Source of the DNA: Camelus dromedarius
Lineage: Eukaryota
DNA length: 64,000 nucleotides
Direction of reading: 5' to 3'
Assembly: GCF_036321535.1 (NCBI RefSeq)
Contig: NC_087437.1
Span: 47,060,001-47,124,000 of the forward strand
The notes under the pieces are model-generated. The model searched no databases. It was given only the letters and a program-made list of their open reading frames with translations, and was not told the DNA's origin. The translations under genes were made by a program, and so were the position numbers. How positions within the stretch are numbered: position 1 is the stretch's first letter; each line of letters starts with the position of its first letter. Positions 1-13,217 of this stretch are shown piece after piece.

Positions 1-370
1 GCATCCTATGACCAGGGCCCTTTAATGAGCAGCAGTCATTGGAGGCACCAGACTTGTAAGACCAAGACATATGGAGCTTCCCAGATGCCCAGATTCAGCC
101 TAAGAACTCCAGAGAAATGCTTGGTTCCTCAGCCTCAATTAGCTTCAGGCTTTTCAAATGCTACTTCTGTGACCATTGAATTGCTAACAGCTTTCTCTTC
201 TCCAAAGGCCATTTAAGCTTTTAGAAGATTGTACTTCTACCAGGGCAATAGTAATTGGCACTGCTGCTGACATCTGTAGCTGCTGGAGTGACAGGCATTG
301 CAGTGACTTCTGGTCTTCCGTCCGATCTCATCCAGAAACATTTCTTTCCCTCATGGCTAACAGTTCTTAC

Positions 371-469
371 CTTCCCTTGCTCTCTAAGACTGATTATAAA
401 ATTTAGCTCATTAATTGTGTTATATGGTGCTGTAAAATATCTGGGGAGAAAATTCATATTAAAGCTGGT
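371..469 (-). other. Candidate 99-nt internal exon on the minus strand (possibly an antisense/lncRNA exon)
   Basis: Minus-strand acceptor ctttatattttctgggtttcag| before 469 and consensus donor AAG|GTAAGA after 371. Frame 0 is open (TSFNMNFLPRYFTAPYNTINELNFIISLREQGK) but resembles no protein I recognise. Confidence 0.3.
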
Positions 470-1429
470 CTGAAACCCAGAAAATATAAAGCATTGTTAT
501 TGGCAGAGGATATATAATTATAGTGACAGTGAATTCAGGAGATAGTGTTTTTCATAGCCTAGGGAGAGAGTGTAATCTTAGGTTTTATGAAATTTTAATT
601 AAATGAATATATAGGCTCAAATAATACATAGCAGACACAAAATGTACAGACCTCCAATTATCCCCAGTGAATTTTCTGTTCTTGAGATGCCAAAAAGGGA
701 AATACTTGACAGATGGGCCATATATGCAACACATGACACTGATAGCTTCAATTTGTTTTACATACTGCAGGAAAGTTGAATCTGAAACTACAGTTGTATG
801 ATATAACTGAATATGCATATATTTATATAAACAATATATGTATATAGTCAAGAGAACTCTAAATACAAAATTGTTTTTAGACCTAAGTTTCTTAAATGTC
901 CAGGATTTAATTTGTAACTTAATTCATAATAACCTTGCTATTTTGGCACTATTGATAACCTGTTTCATAGTCTGTCTTTTGTAACTAAATTATAGAAATC
1001 AAAATTTGGCAACCATTATATCTAAATGGAATCTCTAAATCAGGATAAAGTCCGTTACCAGTGACAAAACTGAATTCTTTCCAAATTTGTGTAGTCTACC
1101 TGAAATCTTTCAGAATACTAACTTTAATAGTTAATTGGACATCATGAAGACAATCTGCTACATATCAACAAAGGCTCAACTCTAATAGTAAAGTTGCTGC
1201 TCATTAACCATTAATCATTACCATTAATCTTCCTGTTTAAAAATGAAAGACACAGCCATGTGTTTTAGAAGCCCTATTTGCTTCCAAATAGGAGTTTGTC
1301 CAAAAAAAGTATCTCGATATAGGTAAAATGTATCTGAATTATTGCCTGGAATTTTCACCTTTTTGTCCTAGTATTTTGGCACAAGAAAGATAGCCTCAGG
1401 TGATATACTTGTAATTGCATCAACGCTCC

Positions 1430-1560
1430 CTCATTTCAGAAAGCATTTAGTGAGTGACACATGAGGTCCTGGAAGATACCAAGGTGAATAAGACTACTTC
1501 AGACTTCAGGGAGATGAAAGTCTGGCAGTATGTAGTAAAACACTGTACTTACAAGAAACT
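1430..1560 (-). mobile_element. L2 LINE 3' fragment
   Basis: Degenerate match to the reverse-complement L2 3' end (catt..agcatttagtgagtgacac..gataccaaggtgaataagac). Confidence 0.5.
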
Positions 1561-1664
1561 GAAGGCAGGTGGTGCCAAAAAAAATCATGACATAGAAAAG
1601 GGAAAGGGGGCAGGTATGGAGCTCAAATAATGCCTCCTGGAGCTGTCAGTGCAGCAGCCTCGAG

Positions 1665-1885
1665 AGTAACAGGTCCAAGACTTAAGACGTGGAGGACCTG
1701 AATCTGATTCCCAGATGGGACAGGGACTCTGTGTGAGTTGGGCAAGTCACTCAACGTCTCTGGAGCTCCATGTCCACAACTGTAAAATGGAAGTAATAAT
1801 CTCTCTTTACAAGGTTGCTGCATAATTGAGATAATGCTTTTCAACCCATTAATAGTAGACTCTGAGGTACAGGTAGATAAGATTC
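1665..1885 (+). mobile_element. MIR SINE
   Basis: MIR core tgtgtgagttgggcaagtcactcaacgtctctg...ctgtaaaatggaagtaataat. Confidence 0.8.
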
Positions 1886-2544
1886 TAAAACGCAATGCTT
1901 CTGCCTTTTAAAACATCCTTTAGGAGTCATTACTGGCTTGATTTCAAAAGTAGTTTTAAAAGGGGTTGAGGAGCCACTGGAAACTTTGGTGTATACTAAA
2001 TAAGCCCATAAGAATGCAAAAGTGTTTGTTTACAGTAAAATATAAAGAAAAATATTTAAATTTTCAAATATATTTGTTTGCAAAAGTGTAAAAATAGCAA
2101 TATAATTATTTTCAGTCATTTTAACTTTATGATCTAGTTTTTATAAGTTCAGATACAAGCTACTCAATAACATGAAAATAACAGCTAATATTATTTCATT
2201 TTGGATAGTTAATACACACAAGTATTTTTTTTTCTTTTACGCACCCACCCAATAAGGGTGCCTGTAGGTACGTATTCTTCCTGGATATAATTGCCATTGA
2301 TGCAGTGTTTGCTCTTGGAAATTTTTTAATTACTTTATAAATTCTTTTCAATTCCACTGTCACTTTCTATTGGAAGTTTAGTTTTTAATTAAATAAAGAT
2401 GTAGTTTTAAATGTTGGGGTCTCCTCTGAAATGAAAATTCATCAAGTATTGAGAATTACACAATACTGCAAAAAATGGAAGTTAGGTTTAAAGATACTTT
2501 AAAGAAACAACATGTAAGAGAAAATATTTAAAGACTCAAAACAA

Positions 2545-2808
2545 TTCATATGAGGTACCTAGAACAGACTACTTCATATAGACAGAAAGTAGATTAGTGT
2601 TTACCCAGGGTTGAGAGATGAGATGAGAGTTACAGTTTAATGAGTACAAAGTTTCATTTGGAATGATGAAATGGAGATGGATGGCAGAGATGGTTGCACA
2701 ACAGTGAATGTACTTAATGCCACTGAATTGTACATTTTAAAATGATTAGAATGGTCAATTTTATGTTGTGTATATTTTACCACAATAACAAATTTAACAT
2801 TAAAAAAT
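2545..2808 (+). mobile_element. Old L1 (L1MB-like) 3' end
   Basis: gatggttgcacaacagtgaatgtacttaatgccactgaattgtacattttaaaatg...ttttatgttgtgtatattttaccacaat is the typical L1MB 3' terminus, followed by an A-rich tail. Confidence 0.85.
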
Positions 2809-3069
2809 GCAAAGTGACTGTTAATGACTCCCACCGCTCCTAAACAATCCTGGTTTTCTTTGTTGGTTTGCATAGTTCAGTTCACTGAGGATCAGAAGAA
2901 GTTTTAACAATAAAATTGAAAGTTAAAGATTATAGTGGCATCTGCGAAAGCTCTTTCAAATTAAAGAAAGTCTTTAGAGACTGCACAGATGATTGAAAAT
3001 ACCTCTGATGCAGTACCCATGTACATCTAGCTTCAGAGAATAAAGAATTCCAAAAAGGAAGAGAGAAAC

Positions 3070-3290
3070 TAGTATTTATTAAGCATCAGCTAAGTGTTAG
3101 GCACTGTGCCAGATGCTTTGCTGGCTTCATCTCATTCTGTTCTCACAGTAACTAAGGGAGGTGTCTTATCATCCCTACTTTACAGAAGAGGAAACAAAGA
3201 CTTTGAGCTAATCACTGACTAGCTTAGATTTGTATTCCTAGCAATGTAATGTATGATTTGAATCCATGTCTCCTGAACAGGAAATCAAGG
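3070..3290 (-). mobile_element. MIR SINE
   Basis: tatttattaagcatc..ggcactgtgcc..atccctactttacagaagaggaaac matches reverse-complement MIR. Confidence 0.75.
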
Positions 3291-3424
3291 CCCTACCTAG
3301 ATTTGTTTTTATTTGCTCTTATTAAGGTCTTAAAATATTTATATTTTGTTCCTTTTCCCTGTATAAACAGCTGGTAGCTTTGGCATTATTTAACCATTCC
3401 TAGGTGGTCTACGTGGCGGGCCGC

Positions 3425-3640
3425 AGCAGAAAGCGTGTCAGAGCAGGAGTGTGAAGCCCCAGTACAGTCGTGGCTCTTTCACTCCAGTCACTTTGGATAA
3501 ATCAATAAACCCCATCTAGGCTCTGCTTCCTTCAGCTGTAGAGGGAGATAATAATGCCCCCTTTGCTAAACCGAGTTATGGTATAAAAGCCAAAAGTGAT
3601 CCTGGATGGAAAAGCACCTGACAGTGATTAAGAGCTGGAA
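3425..3640 (+). mobile_element. MIR SINE (degenerate)
   Basis: actttggataaatcaataaacccc..ctgtagagggagataataatgcc resembles the MIR core. Confidence 0.55.
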
Positions 3641-4736
3641 AGCAAGTGCACGTACATCTGCAGCCACAATTCCTAGCTGTGGAAAGCTCTCCAAATTGTC
3701 TGGCTACCCTATCACCACACAATAATCCAATGCCTTTTGGTTTGAAAAGCTCTTATAGTTCTTCGTTTTCTCAAGAGATAAATCTCTCCAGCCTTCTTGA
3801 TATGGTTAATCAGTGGAATTCCAACAGTTTCTGGTGTGAAGACAATGTACAAAGTTTTATGAGATTGAGAAGCTTGTCTCTCAAACAGCGCTGACTTCTT
3901 CCCATCTTGCTCCTCTGGGCTCTGGCCTTTCCCCTCTCAAGAAGAACTTCACAACGCTCAGAGAAGGAAAGCTGTCAGTGCCTATGCAATAGCTCAGAAG
4001 CCACAGTCGCTTTACATGTCAACATGACATGTCTAGACATCACTCACTTTATTGTTCAGAACTGCCTTGGAGATGGTGCACTGAGTGCCTTCTGGACAGG
4101 TGGTAGGTGCTAATGAATGAGATGACTGCCATGCAGGCTGGCAGGAAGAACAATTAAAATGATGTTGCCACAATGCCAATGTTATTTTAAAATTTAATCA
4201 TGCTGTAGGATGGCTTAATGGGAATTTCTTTTCTACGATAAACAAACCAAGCCAGATGCCAGTGCTGTGAATGAGCTACTATCCACATGACCCAAAGCAA
4301 AACACCGTTTGGATGATGAACCACAATTCATAAATACAGACAGTAAAGCAGCATAATTCAAAACCCAAGGTTGGGTTTTCTCACTCCGATTTATACCATT
4401 AATGTGTACTTTAGTGAAGCCAGCCCAGTAATTACAAAATGTCTTCACTTTTATTATACAGATTCAGCCTGTAAAGGGTTATACCACAGTTAAGAAGGTG
4501 AAAGAAATGCAAACACACAGGAGAACTATAAGAACTGAACAACTTTTAACTTTCACACCAAAAGGAAATAGTTCTAATAAGTAGTATCTTCTGATCATAG
4601 TAATTAACATTGTCCTAAATGGAATAAGGAGTTATCTTTACTAGGTAACACCATTAGTATGAGACTAATTGCGTCTTCACTTTTTAGTATGTGGAGGTGA
4701 GTGGGAGCACAGAGACTAAGATCTTACCCCACAGAA

Positions 4737-5081
4737 CAGGAGTCAGCAGTCTACATATGGCCTGAGGGCCAAGTGTGGCCCACTGCCTGTTTTTATACAG
4801 CCTACATGTTAAAAATGTTTGCTACATGTATAAATGGTTTTCAAAAACCAAAAGAAAATAATATTTTGTGACAGGTGAAAATTAAATGTAAAATTCAAAC
4901 TTCATTGTCTGTAAATAATAATTGATCGGAACACAGCCACATCCGTTCATTTGTATACTGCCTAGGGTTGCTTTTGTAGTACAGCTGTAGAGCTGAGTAG
5001 CTGCAACAGAGACCATACGGCCCTCAAAGCCTGAAATACTGACCATCTGAAGCTTTATAGAAAAAGGTTGCTAAGCCAGCA
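4737..5081. mobile_element. MER58B-like hAT-Charlie non-autonomous DNA transposon
   Basis: caggagtcagca..ggccaagtgtggcccactgcctgttttt...ggaacacagccac...gagctgagtagctgcaacagagaccat...tttatagaaaaaggttgct; about 345 bp. Confidence 0.85.
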
Positions 5082-5094
5082 CCCTAAAGGTATC

Positions 5095-5312
5095 CTGCTT
5101 AGTTCCAGATCCTGCTCTACCACTTATTAGCTTGGTGTTCTTGGGCGAGTTGGCCTTCTTATGCCTCAGTGCCCTCATCTGTAAAACGAGAATCACACCA
5201 CCAGCTCCAGATGTTATTTGTGAGAACTAAGTAAATCAAATGTGCATAATGTGCTTAAAACACATAATGGCACATAGTAAGAATTCTCTAAGTGTTATTT
5301 TTCATTGTTACT
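5095..5312 (+). mobile_element. MIR SINE
   Basis: gatcctgctctaccactt..gcctcagtgccctcatctgtaaaacgag..tggcacatagtaag. Confidence 0.85.
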
Positions 5313-5859
5313 ATCTTCTGTCTTCTAAAAAGTTCATTGATTATACATTATGCTTGTTTGGAAAATTGTCAGGAAGAGTCTTTACTAAGTGAGAAAACAA
5401 CTGAATAATATGAAATTGATTAGAAACATATTGTCTTATGTAAGTTCAGCAAATACAATTGCATAGGGAAAAACAGTATACACGTGTATATGTGTTTATT
5501 ATTCATACCATCACCCTGCAATGTTGTTAGCCAAAAATCTTAGTGTACACTTTGAAGCCCATTGATCAAGACTGAAAATATAGTTAGACAAAAACAGTTG
5601 GATTGGCACATATTGCTTAAAGATAGGATTAAGTCTCCTGGAATTATTTCCCTAAAAAAGTACATAATTAAATATTGATTACTTGGCTAAAACACCAGCT
5701 GCAATTTAAACAATTATAATCAACTGTGTCAGATCATTATGTTACCTTAAATATTATAAAATATAGGATGAATGCCTGAAAAGCTAAGGATATTTTAATT
5801 TCAAAATTTTGCATTAAAGAGGCTTTTAAATAAACTTTGTCTTTACCTCTATTTTGAAG

Positions 5860-5860
5860 A

Positions 5861-5891
<31 letters not shown>
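5860..5891. repeat. (TA)n microsatellite
   Basis: Directly visible; one C interruption. Confidence 0.95.
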
Positions 5892-5894
5892 TTA

Positions 5895-6165
5895 AGAAAA
5901 ATAACAAAGCAAAGGCAATGGTGGAATATAATCATCAATATAAAAAAGTTCTTTGAAATTATTAATGAGTAAAGAATTTAAAATGGGTAGAGAATATGAA
6001 TATAAATGTTAAGAAAGAATGCGACTGATAAATCAAGAAAGAACATAAATGAAAAATAAACAAATGAAAAATCACTGTTTCATGATTAAATTAATTCAGA
6101 TTAACATAAGAGATACTTGCTAATGGACTGGCAAAGATTTTCCTTAAGTAATAATAATGCTGGGT
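5895..6165 (+). mobile_element. Ancient L1 (L1ME-like) ORF2-region fragment
   Basis: A-rich degenerate L1-like sequence (aaaatgggtagagaatatgaa..ggcaaagatttt..aataatgctgg), apparently resuming near 6430 after a MIR. Confidence 0.45.
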
Positions 6166-6169
6166 AGAA

Positions 6170-6420
6170 TAATCACAGCAAAAGCTGATGCAGTGTTTCC
6201 TGGGGACCACATTGTTTTCTAAATGCTTCATACACATTAACTCAGGCGAACCACAAAACAACCACCTAAATTAAGTATTATTATTATTATTAGAGGTATT
6301 CTAACACGATTTCACTAAAATAGAAATGAGGGCCCAAGATCATATACCTACTTGGTGCTAGAGCTGGTACTTGAACCCGAGCTCTCTGATTCCATAGTTG
6401 TTGCTTCCAACCATTATACT
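6170..6420 (-). mobile_element. MIR SINE
   Basis: ctaaatgcttcatacacattaactca..gagctggtacttgaacccgag..tctgattcca. Confidence 0.7.
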
Positions 6421-6824
6421 ATTGATACAACGATATGGATACACTTATACTCTGCTGGTTTGGGAGGAAAAAAAAAACGCACTGTGAGCTAAAGACAAGT
6501 GAACAGGGGAAAAAATGGTCTCTATTGATTTCCTCTGTCTTAACAGCTTCCAAGAGAATGTATGTTCTTATTCCACAGCTTGTCTTAGACCAATGGTAAA
6601 TATGTTTTCAATGATATTTTTAAGGCAATGTAACAAAACTCTTGCCAAGGCACATAATAGCAGTTTCTGTCAAGTCAGAAATACTACACAAACACACTAT
6701 GGTTGTTCCCAGGTTTGGTGTCAGAAAAGCAATCACAAATTAAAGTTACAGATGAGTTTTTTGTGTGTGTGTGTTTATATGCAAAAGAGTGGAGGGCCAA
6801 GTATTTATGAAGGAACTTCCAAGT

Positions 6825-7040
6825 TCTAAGAGCTTTATATCTGTTGACTCAGGCTGACCTCATAACTCGGTGAATTGAGTTATTATCTCCACTTCACTGA
6901 AGACATCTCTTGATCAGATTAGCTGAGTTATTTAAACTTACCTAAGCTCACACACCTAGAAAGTGTTATAACCTGGTGTTAACTCAAGTTTGTCTGGTCC
7001 TAAGATCTCTGCTCTTTCCAGGACACAACATTGCCTCCTA
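6825..7040 (-). mobile_element. MIR SINE
   Basis: cctcataactc..tattatctccacttcac..aacttacctaagctcacacacctagaaagtg. Confidence 0.7.
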
Positions 7041-7744
7041 TCTAAGGAGTTATTATCTTAGTTTGATCTCTATATCATGAGGAAGTGGACTTCTGATCTG
7101 CATCGTTGGGAGCTAGGGTACCAAAGCAGGAGAACATGGAAGGAGAAACAAATATTAGAGCAGGAAAGGACACTGGAGCAGAAAGGAGGGAGGACAGGCT
7201 GGGTAAACACTGGCATCAGGAACTAGAGCTCACAGGTGCTTTTATGTGCTCCTTTAGCATGACACGTGAGTAGAGCAGATCAAAGGGTTGACAACAAGAC
7301 ACACTGCCTAAAATTCATCATTAACATGTAGGGAAGCAGCCCAAGAGTGATCCATGTCATGCGAACCACTCTATGTTTATACAACAGAAACCTAATGAAA
7401 GAATACATTAAAAACACCTATAAAAGAGAGTGCAAATAAACACCCAGCCAGTAGGTAGAACCATAAGGAAGAGCAGGATGCAGATTTTCAAGAAGAGGGA
7501 AGACCCCAGCATGTGGTGAGAGATGGAAACATTGGGAAGTCACACTACTAGTGGGAATCCCGCCTCGTCACTACCGCTGGGAGGTACAGACACACAGCAG
7601 TCAGTGCCAGAGGGCCTGCTGTGAGTGGCCAGGGCAAGAACTCGGCCCAGAGGAGCAGAACAAGATCCATACAGACGGAAATGAAGTTCCATGCTGATTG
7701 TTATAGCTCTTGAAATGCTTTAACAAGCTCTGTCCTTATACAGT

Positions 7745-7884
7745 GATGTGTCTGGACACTTCTCTCCCACCAGACTAGGAACTCTCTGAAGGCAGATGCT
7801 ATGATGCATCCATTTTAAAATACCCAGACCCTAATTTATAGATTTTAAATAAACACTTTATGGAGAATGGATAGATGAATGAAA
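7745..7884 (+). mobile_element. L2 LINE 3' end
   Basis: ctctcccaccagactaggaactctctgaaggcag...gaatggatagatgaatgaa. Confidence 0.65.
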
Positions 7885-10800
7885 ATTTAACTACATGAGT
7901 TTGATGGAAAATCATTTAATGTAAGTTGAGTCACAGAGTCAAAAATAGGCTTAGAAGTCAGGATGCTGAATCAGAAGAGCTACCAAACCAGAGCTCCTAA
8001 GATTCTATTGACCAAGGTCAGAACTATTCCAAGGGCCCTGCAGGGCAGGGTCCTCAAGTGGAGCTACTGGGCCACAGCAGTGAGACAAGAGAGTGGTGAG
8101 GGCAGGGAGCCAGCAGGTGAAATTTTAGCAGGGTAGAGCCATTGCTGTGGACTGTGGACAAACTGGATAAATTAGAACAAGTCCAGGGCAGTTGAGGGCA
8201 CAGTGGTGAGGGGGCAGGAATACATGCTAGGAGTAGAAATGATGAAAAGGCTGGGGCTTTATCACTAAAAGAAGAATTTGTGGGAACAGTACAGCTTACT
8301 TCAAGCAGATTTTTTTTTTCTGCATAATATTCTAGGGCAGACCTAAGCCCAATGAGTGGAGAATAGACAGGCTGATCTCCCTTGCTAGTAGCATGAGTAA
8401 GCCCATGGCAGGGAAATTACAGGGGTCATTCTTAATGGACAAGAATTGGTAAGACTAAGGTGTGAAACCAGATGGCCTCCAAGGTCTTTCCTTATTGCTG
8501 ATTCTGTACCTCTGAACTCTTATGTTTTTGAGAAAGCTCATGAAAACTTCAGAAACACAAAAATCATGCTTAGGAACAACTGGAGAGAGTGAGAGAGAAA
8601 AAAAGAGAGAGAAGTATATGGCACCTAGAGCCGGTGTGTCTATGCAGGTTTTAACCTGGACTCAGTGAATAGTAGTAATGCTCTCGTTCTAAGCAACATA
8701 AGCTTCTCAGAGCTTTGTGCTGTCTGGTTGAAGTCACGCGTTGCTGGTCATCATGCCCCTCATGCTGCTCTTCACCCTAAAAATTCTGAATCTCAGATTT
8801 CATTCATGCAGTAGTCTTGCTTTCACTTTTGAAATATTAACTAATTTGCTTTAATGACCATACTCATTACCCACTTACTTCTATGAAATAGTATGCCATA
8901 CAAATTAATTGGTTGACCCACCCCCCACCGTGATAAATATCATCCCTCCTCCTCAATTTCAAAGTTAATTTTAATTGTCCAGAGTCACACTGTGAGTCAG
9001 TGGCAGACCCAATACGTGAACTTAGAACTCTGACACCCAAAATGGGTGCCCTGCCCTTTACAGTGTGAGGACGATGTTAGGGGCCTGCTGACAGCAGGAC
9101 GCGACGTCGTGGCTTCCATTCGATTTAGATGATGAAGCTGGAGAGAATTACCAGCATGTTCTGACCCAATCATTCATTCCTTCATTCATCCACTATGCCC
9201 GGCAAGTACAAGGGAAAAACGGGCTCAGGCCCTACCCTCCCAGAGCCCCAAACCTTTCCCAATGTTTTTTTAAATGGCCAATGTCATAAATTGAAAAGTG
9301 AGTAAAAACCATTTTTCTAGGTGGGGAAGATCTGGCACATAATTAGATACACTGGACAAAATGTCTAACTGGAAAGACCAGGCACCGTGACGAGGCTCAA
9401 TGGAGTGGATATGAAAGGCTGGACTCGTTGCCCCAGCACAATCTGAGTCACTAACAACGTGAGGGCCTTTAAACTGCACGAGGTCCGAAATCCGTAAGCC
9501 TTTGTGGACACAACTTAAAGTAGTTCTGAGTTTTTAACTACATGCCAGGAAAATTTGCATGAATGCCACTCAATCTCCAAATAACCCACAAGGAATGTCC
9601 ATTCAAAGCATGCCTCAGACTCCAAGAGGCAAGAACAAATGGCAGATGTGGAACTGGAACCCAGGTCTCTGGGGTGATCAGGTCCGTGCTTTCTTCTCTT
9701 CCTCAAGCAACTCCCCTTGTAACAGGTGAATTACAGCTGAGGTCGGGGAAGGTCTCTCGTGAAGTACTTGGGTAAAATGCTGCCTGGTTGAAGTGGTTAA
9801 TGTGGTTAGTTCTGGAGGCCCCCTGGGAGTGTGCTTAGGGCCTTGGGGACAGGCTAGGAGAGCCCATCTGTGTGCCATCATCCCAGCAGCCAATTCTACC
9901 AGCCACGGGAGGAGGAGGAGAAGAGGAGGTCTTTTACTTTGTATTGGTACATAGGAGACTGAGGCATCCAACCTCTTTACAATAATCTATATTCAGAGGG
10001 GATGTATTTTATCTAATACCTATGAGTTTTGTAAGGCAGCAGGATGCTATGGGAAGAGTGAAAGTGGGTCAAGGAGAGCAAGATAAGCCACAGTCAAAGC
10101 CCAGGATTTGAGTCAAGCTCTGCTCCGATGCCAACCAGCTATGAGCTGCTTCCTTATCCCTGTGTTGCTGCTTAGGGAAGTGGTTTCACCACATCCTGCT
10201 TCAGGTTGCACAATGGCCTTAAATGCATGGAAGTGTTCTGATGGCACTTAAAAATAAGTATAAACAATACGAAAAACACTTACACAAACCCAAGTGAATT
10301 ATTTTTCTTTTAATATTTTAAGATTGCCTGTGAAAACCAAGGCTTGTTGGATGCCTGCCCAGGAGGGTCACTGGCACATCCCAGATCCAGGCATGCGCTA
10401 CACTCTGTGTTGCAGCCCACCCATCTACCTCCAAATATGCAAAATTCATAACTAAGAATAAGACTTGGTTATCAGTATTTTCCATCTGACTGCATAATTA
10501 TAAGAGCAGATTAGAAAGTCTCTTTTTAGCTCATTCATATCTCTAGGGTAGACAGAGAATTAAGCAACTGTAATTGCAGAGGCTGGAGAAAGTGTAAGGA
10601 TTTGAATTGGTATATATAAAAGGAAAAGGAAAAAAAAATACCCAAAAGTTGTCCACTTAAATTAGCTTTTTATTCACTTGTTTTTGATTCTCTATTACAG
10701 CCCTGGAGGCTCATAAACAAATTTTCATGTAGTCTACTTTTTCTCTTTCCCTCCACATGTACACTCATGTAGTTTCATATAAGGATGAATTCTCACAAGC

Positions 10801-11459
10801 CAATATTAATCTCCTAGTACGTATCTATTCCTAATGCAATAACTGGCTAGAACACTGGGAGATTATTTCTAGGCCATACAATGTGATCAAATTAATATGC
10901 AGAGACCTAAATCTGCAGAAATGAAATCTTGACATCTAGAAACTTCTCCCAAGATGCAGGTAAAATACTGACAAGTGGTCCAAGAAGTAGGCGTCCTAAG
11001 AACATGGCATAATTTGACCCTATTTTATTCTTGCTCATACTCTGTAGATTAAAATAGTATTTTAACTGGAAATAAACAAATACATGTATCTTCCTTATTT
11101 CCTCCCATCCCCCCAAAAGATAAGTGCAAAATGAAATTATCTTTGGTCTGCAGCTGATACCAGAACCATTAAGAGATAGCACTGGTAAATAATGCAGCCA
11201 CATAAAAAGCTTTGAAGTCCACAGAGATGTTCTTCCTTTGCGAGGTGAGGGGCAACAGCATTAAGGGAACAGAATGAGAAACAGTAAAGCCCGTAATTCC
11301 TAGTGACAGTGTGTGCATCTATCCACGACACAAGGTTCTTAGATATATGAATCCCATTATTTTAGGTTGCCCTGCTCACCACGAAATCATTAATTTAACA
11401 AATACATATGGGGGTTTACTCTGAACTAGGCAGGTGTGCTTTTAATAGCAATGTGAGCA

Positions 11460-11800
11460 CAGGAGAAGCAAATATGTCTGTCCAGGTAAGTCAGGAAAAG
11501 TTTCTTAAAGGAAGTGACATTTTTTATGTGAGCTGGGTGATCAAGTGAACAAATACGGACACATTTTCCAAGGAAAAGGGAAAACGTGAGTAAAATCTTA
11601 AAGATATACAAGTGCATGGAAGACTAATGGGTTGAAAAAAACCCAGTGTAAGGCACTTAGCAGGAATGGGTAGAAGACAGGGCTGGAGAAATACATGGGG
11701 ACAGATTGTTAAAAGCTCATATTGGGAGCTAAGGAATTTAAACTTTAATTTGAAAGCTGTGGAGAACAATTTGAGGTTTCCATGCAGGAGGTGATAAGAT
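11460..11800 (-). mobile_element. L2 LINE fragment
   Basis: gtcaggaaaagtttcttaaaggaagtgacatt..gctaaggaatttaaacttt..gcaggaggtgataagatc. Confidence 0.7.
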
Positions 11801-11819
11801 CAAAACAGCAGGAGTTTCA

Positions 11820-12577
11820 TTTTGTAAATTTTGTTGAAGTATAATATAGATAGACTACAGAATATAGAATAAGTGTACATTGGTAGAATTTCACAAAGCC
11901 ATGCAACAGAGTACCAGTAACCAGTAAGCATTAACCAGTAACCAAGTAACCAGTAATCAGGTCAAGAAATACAGCACTGCCAGCTCCCTGGAAGACCCCG
12001 TCATTCTTCCTTCCTGTCACTGACAGTGCCCCCCACCCACCAAAGGTAACTGCTACCCTGAATTCTAATGCTACTGATTAATTCTGTCTGTTTTTGGACT
12101 TCATATGACTGGAACACTATGGTACATGTGCTCTCATGTCTCACTTCCTTTGCTATTGTGTTCGTGAGAGCCATCCATGCTGTGGTAGAACTGCGGTTCA
12201 ATCACTCTTCTTGCTATACAGTATCCCATTGTACTAATATACCACAGTTTATCACTTGCAATGTTGAGACAGACATTGGGTGATTTCCAGATTAGGGCTA
12301 TTAGCAATGTTGTTACGAACATCTCGTAAGTCTTTTGGTGAGTTTGTGTGTTCATTTCTGTTGCATATAGTAGGAGTTCACTTGCCGGGTCAAAGGGAAT
12401 GCCATGTTCAACTCAAGAAGATACTGCTAAACGTTTGCCCAAGCTCTATTTCGATTCACACTCCTGCCAGCAGTCTATATAAAGGTCCAGTTGCTCTACA
12501 CCTCACCAATCTTGGTGTTGTCTTTTTCATGTTAGCCTTTATCCAGGTATATGGCAGTGTCCTGCAGGGTATTTTAA
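11820..12577 (-). mobile_element. Old L1 (L1ME-like) 3' region
   Basis: Reverse-complement L1ME 3' end (ttgttgaagtataatata..caggtcaagaaatacagcactgccagc..ataccacagtttatc..ttccagattagggctatt..ctcctgccagcagt). Confidence 0.85.
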
Positions 12578-13203
12578 GTAGTGTGATAGAGAGAGACCGG
12601 AGGTGGCCAGCTAGGGAATTGTGGAAGTAACCCAGGAATGAAGTGCTACAGGCATGGATCCAGGACAGTGCCAATAAGAAAGCAGGATCCCTTTTCATCA
12701 CCTATCCTGCACACACAAACGAAAGAGTATATGAAATAACACCAAAAGCCTATGTGAAATTTTCCTCTCCATCTCATGCATACCTGCACTTTCTACTTTC
12801 AATAAGATAATTTCCATTTATATGGGATCCTTAATCCCAAAGCTCTTCCAAAGGAAGCAAAAGAAATGCAGCCCAGTCCCTGTCGGTTAGCAGAAGAGAG
12901 GAAACAAAAGGCCTAGGTGCGCCTTCCCCACCTCGCCTGGTCAGGGGCCAGGAGGCGAGGCTGGCCAGGCCAGAGCTTCTCCAACCTGCCAGGGCCCCCA
13001 GGCAGACTCACGCAGGAGTGCCAGCCCTTAGCAGCAGTCCCCGCGGTGGTAGGGAGACTGCGAGGAGACCTAAAAAAGAGACCATCCGGCTGAGCCCCCT
13101 TCACCAGGGCGGCCAGGCAAAGACAAAGGGAGTCCAGCCAAAGCACCTGCAGACAGGAGAGGGGATTTCATTGTCCTCTGAATAGCTTGACTAATGATGA
13201 TCA

Positions 13204-13217
13204 CTTGCTATGGCAAC
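13204..13217. promoter_or_regulatory. RFX X-box motif at the edge of a GC-rich patch
   Basis: CTTGCTATGGCAAC differs at 2 of 14 positions from the palindromic X-box GTTGCCATGGCAAC. Confidence 0.45.

Noticed and set aside
1273..1292. Hairpin CCTATTTG-cttc-CAAATAGG
   Set aside because: 8-bp arms are expected by chance in 64 kb; too short for a pre-miRNA.
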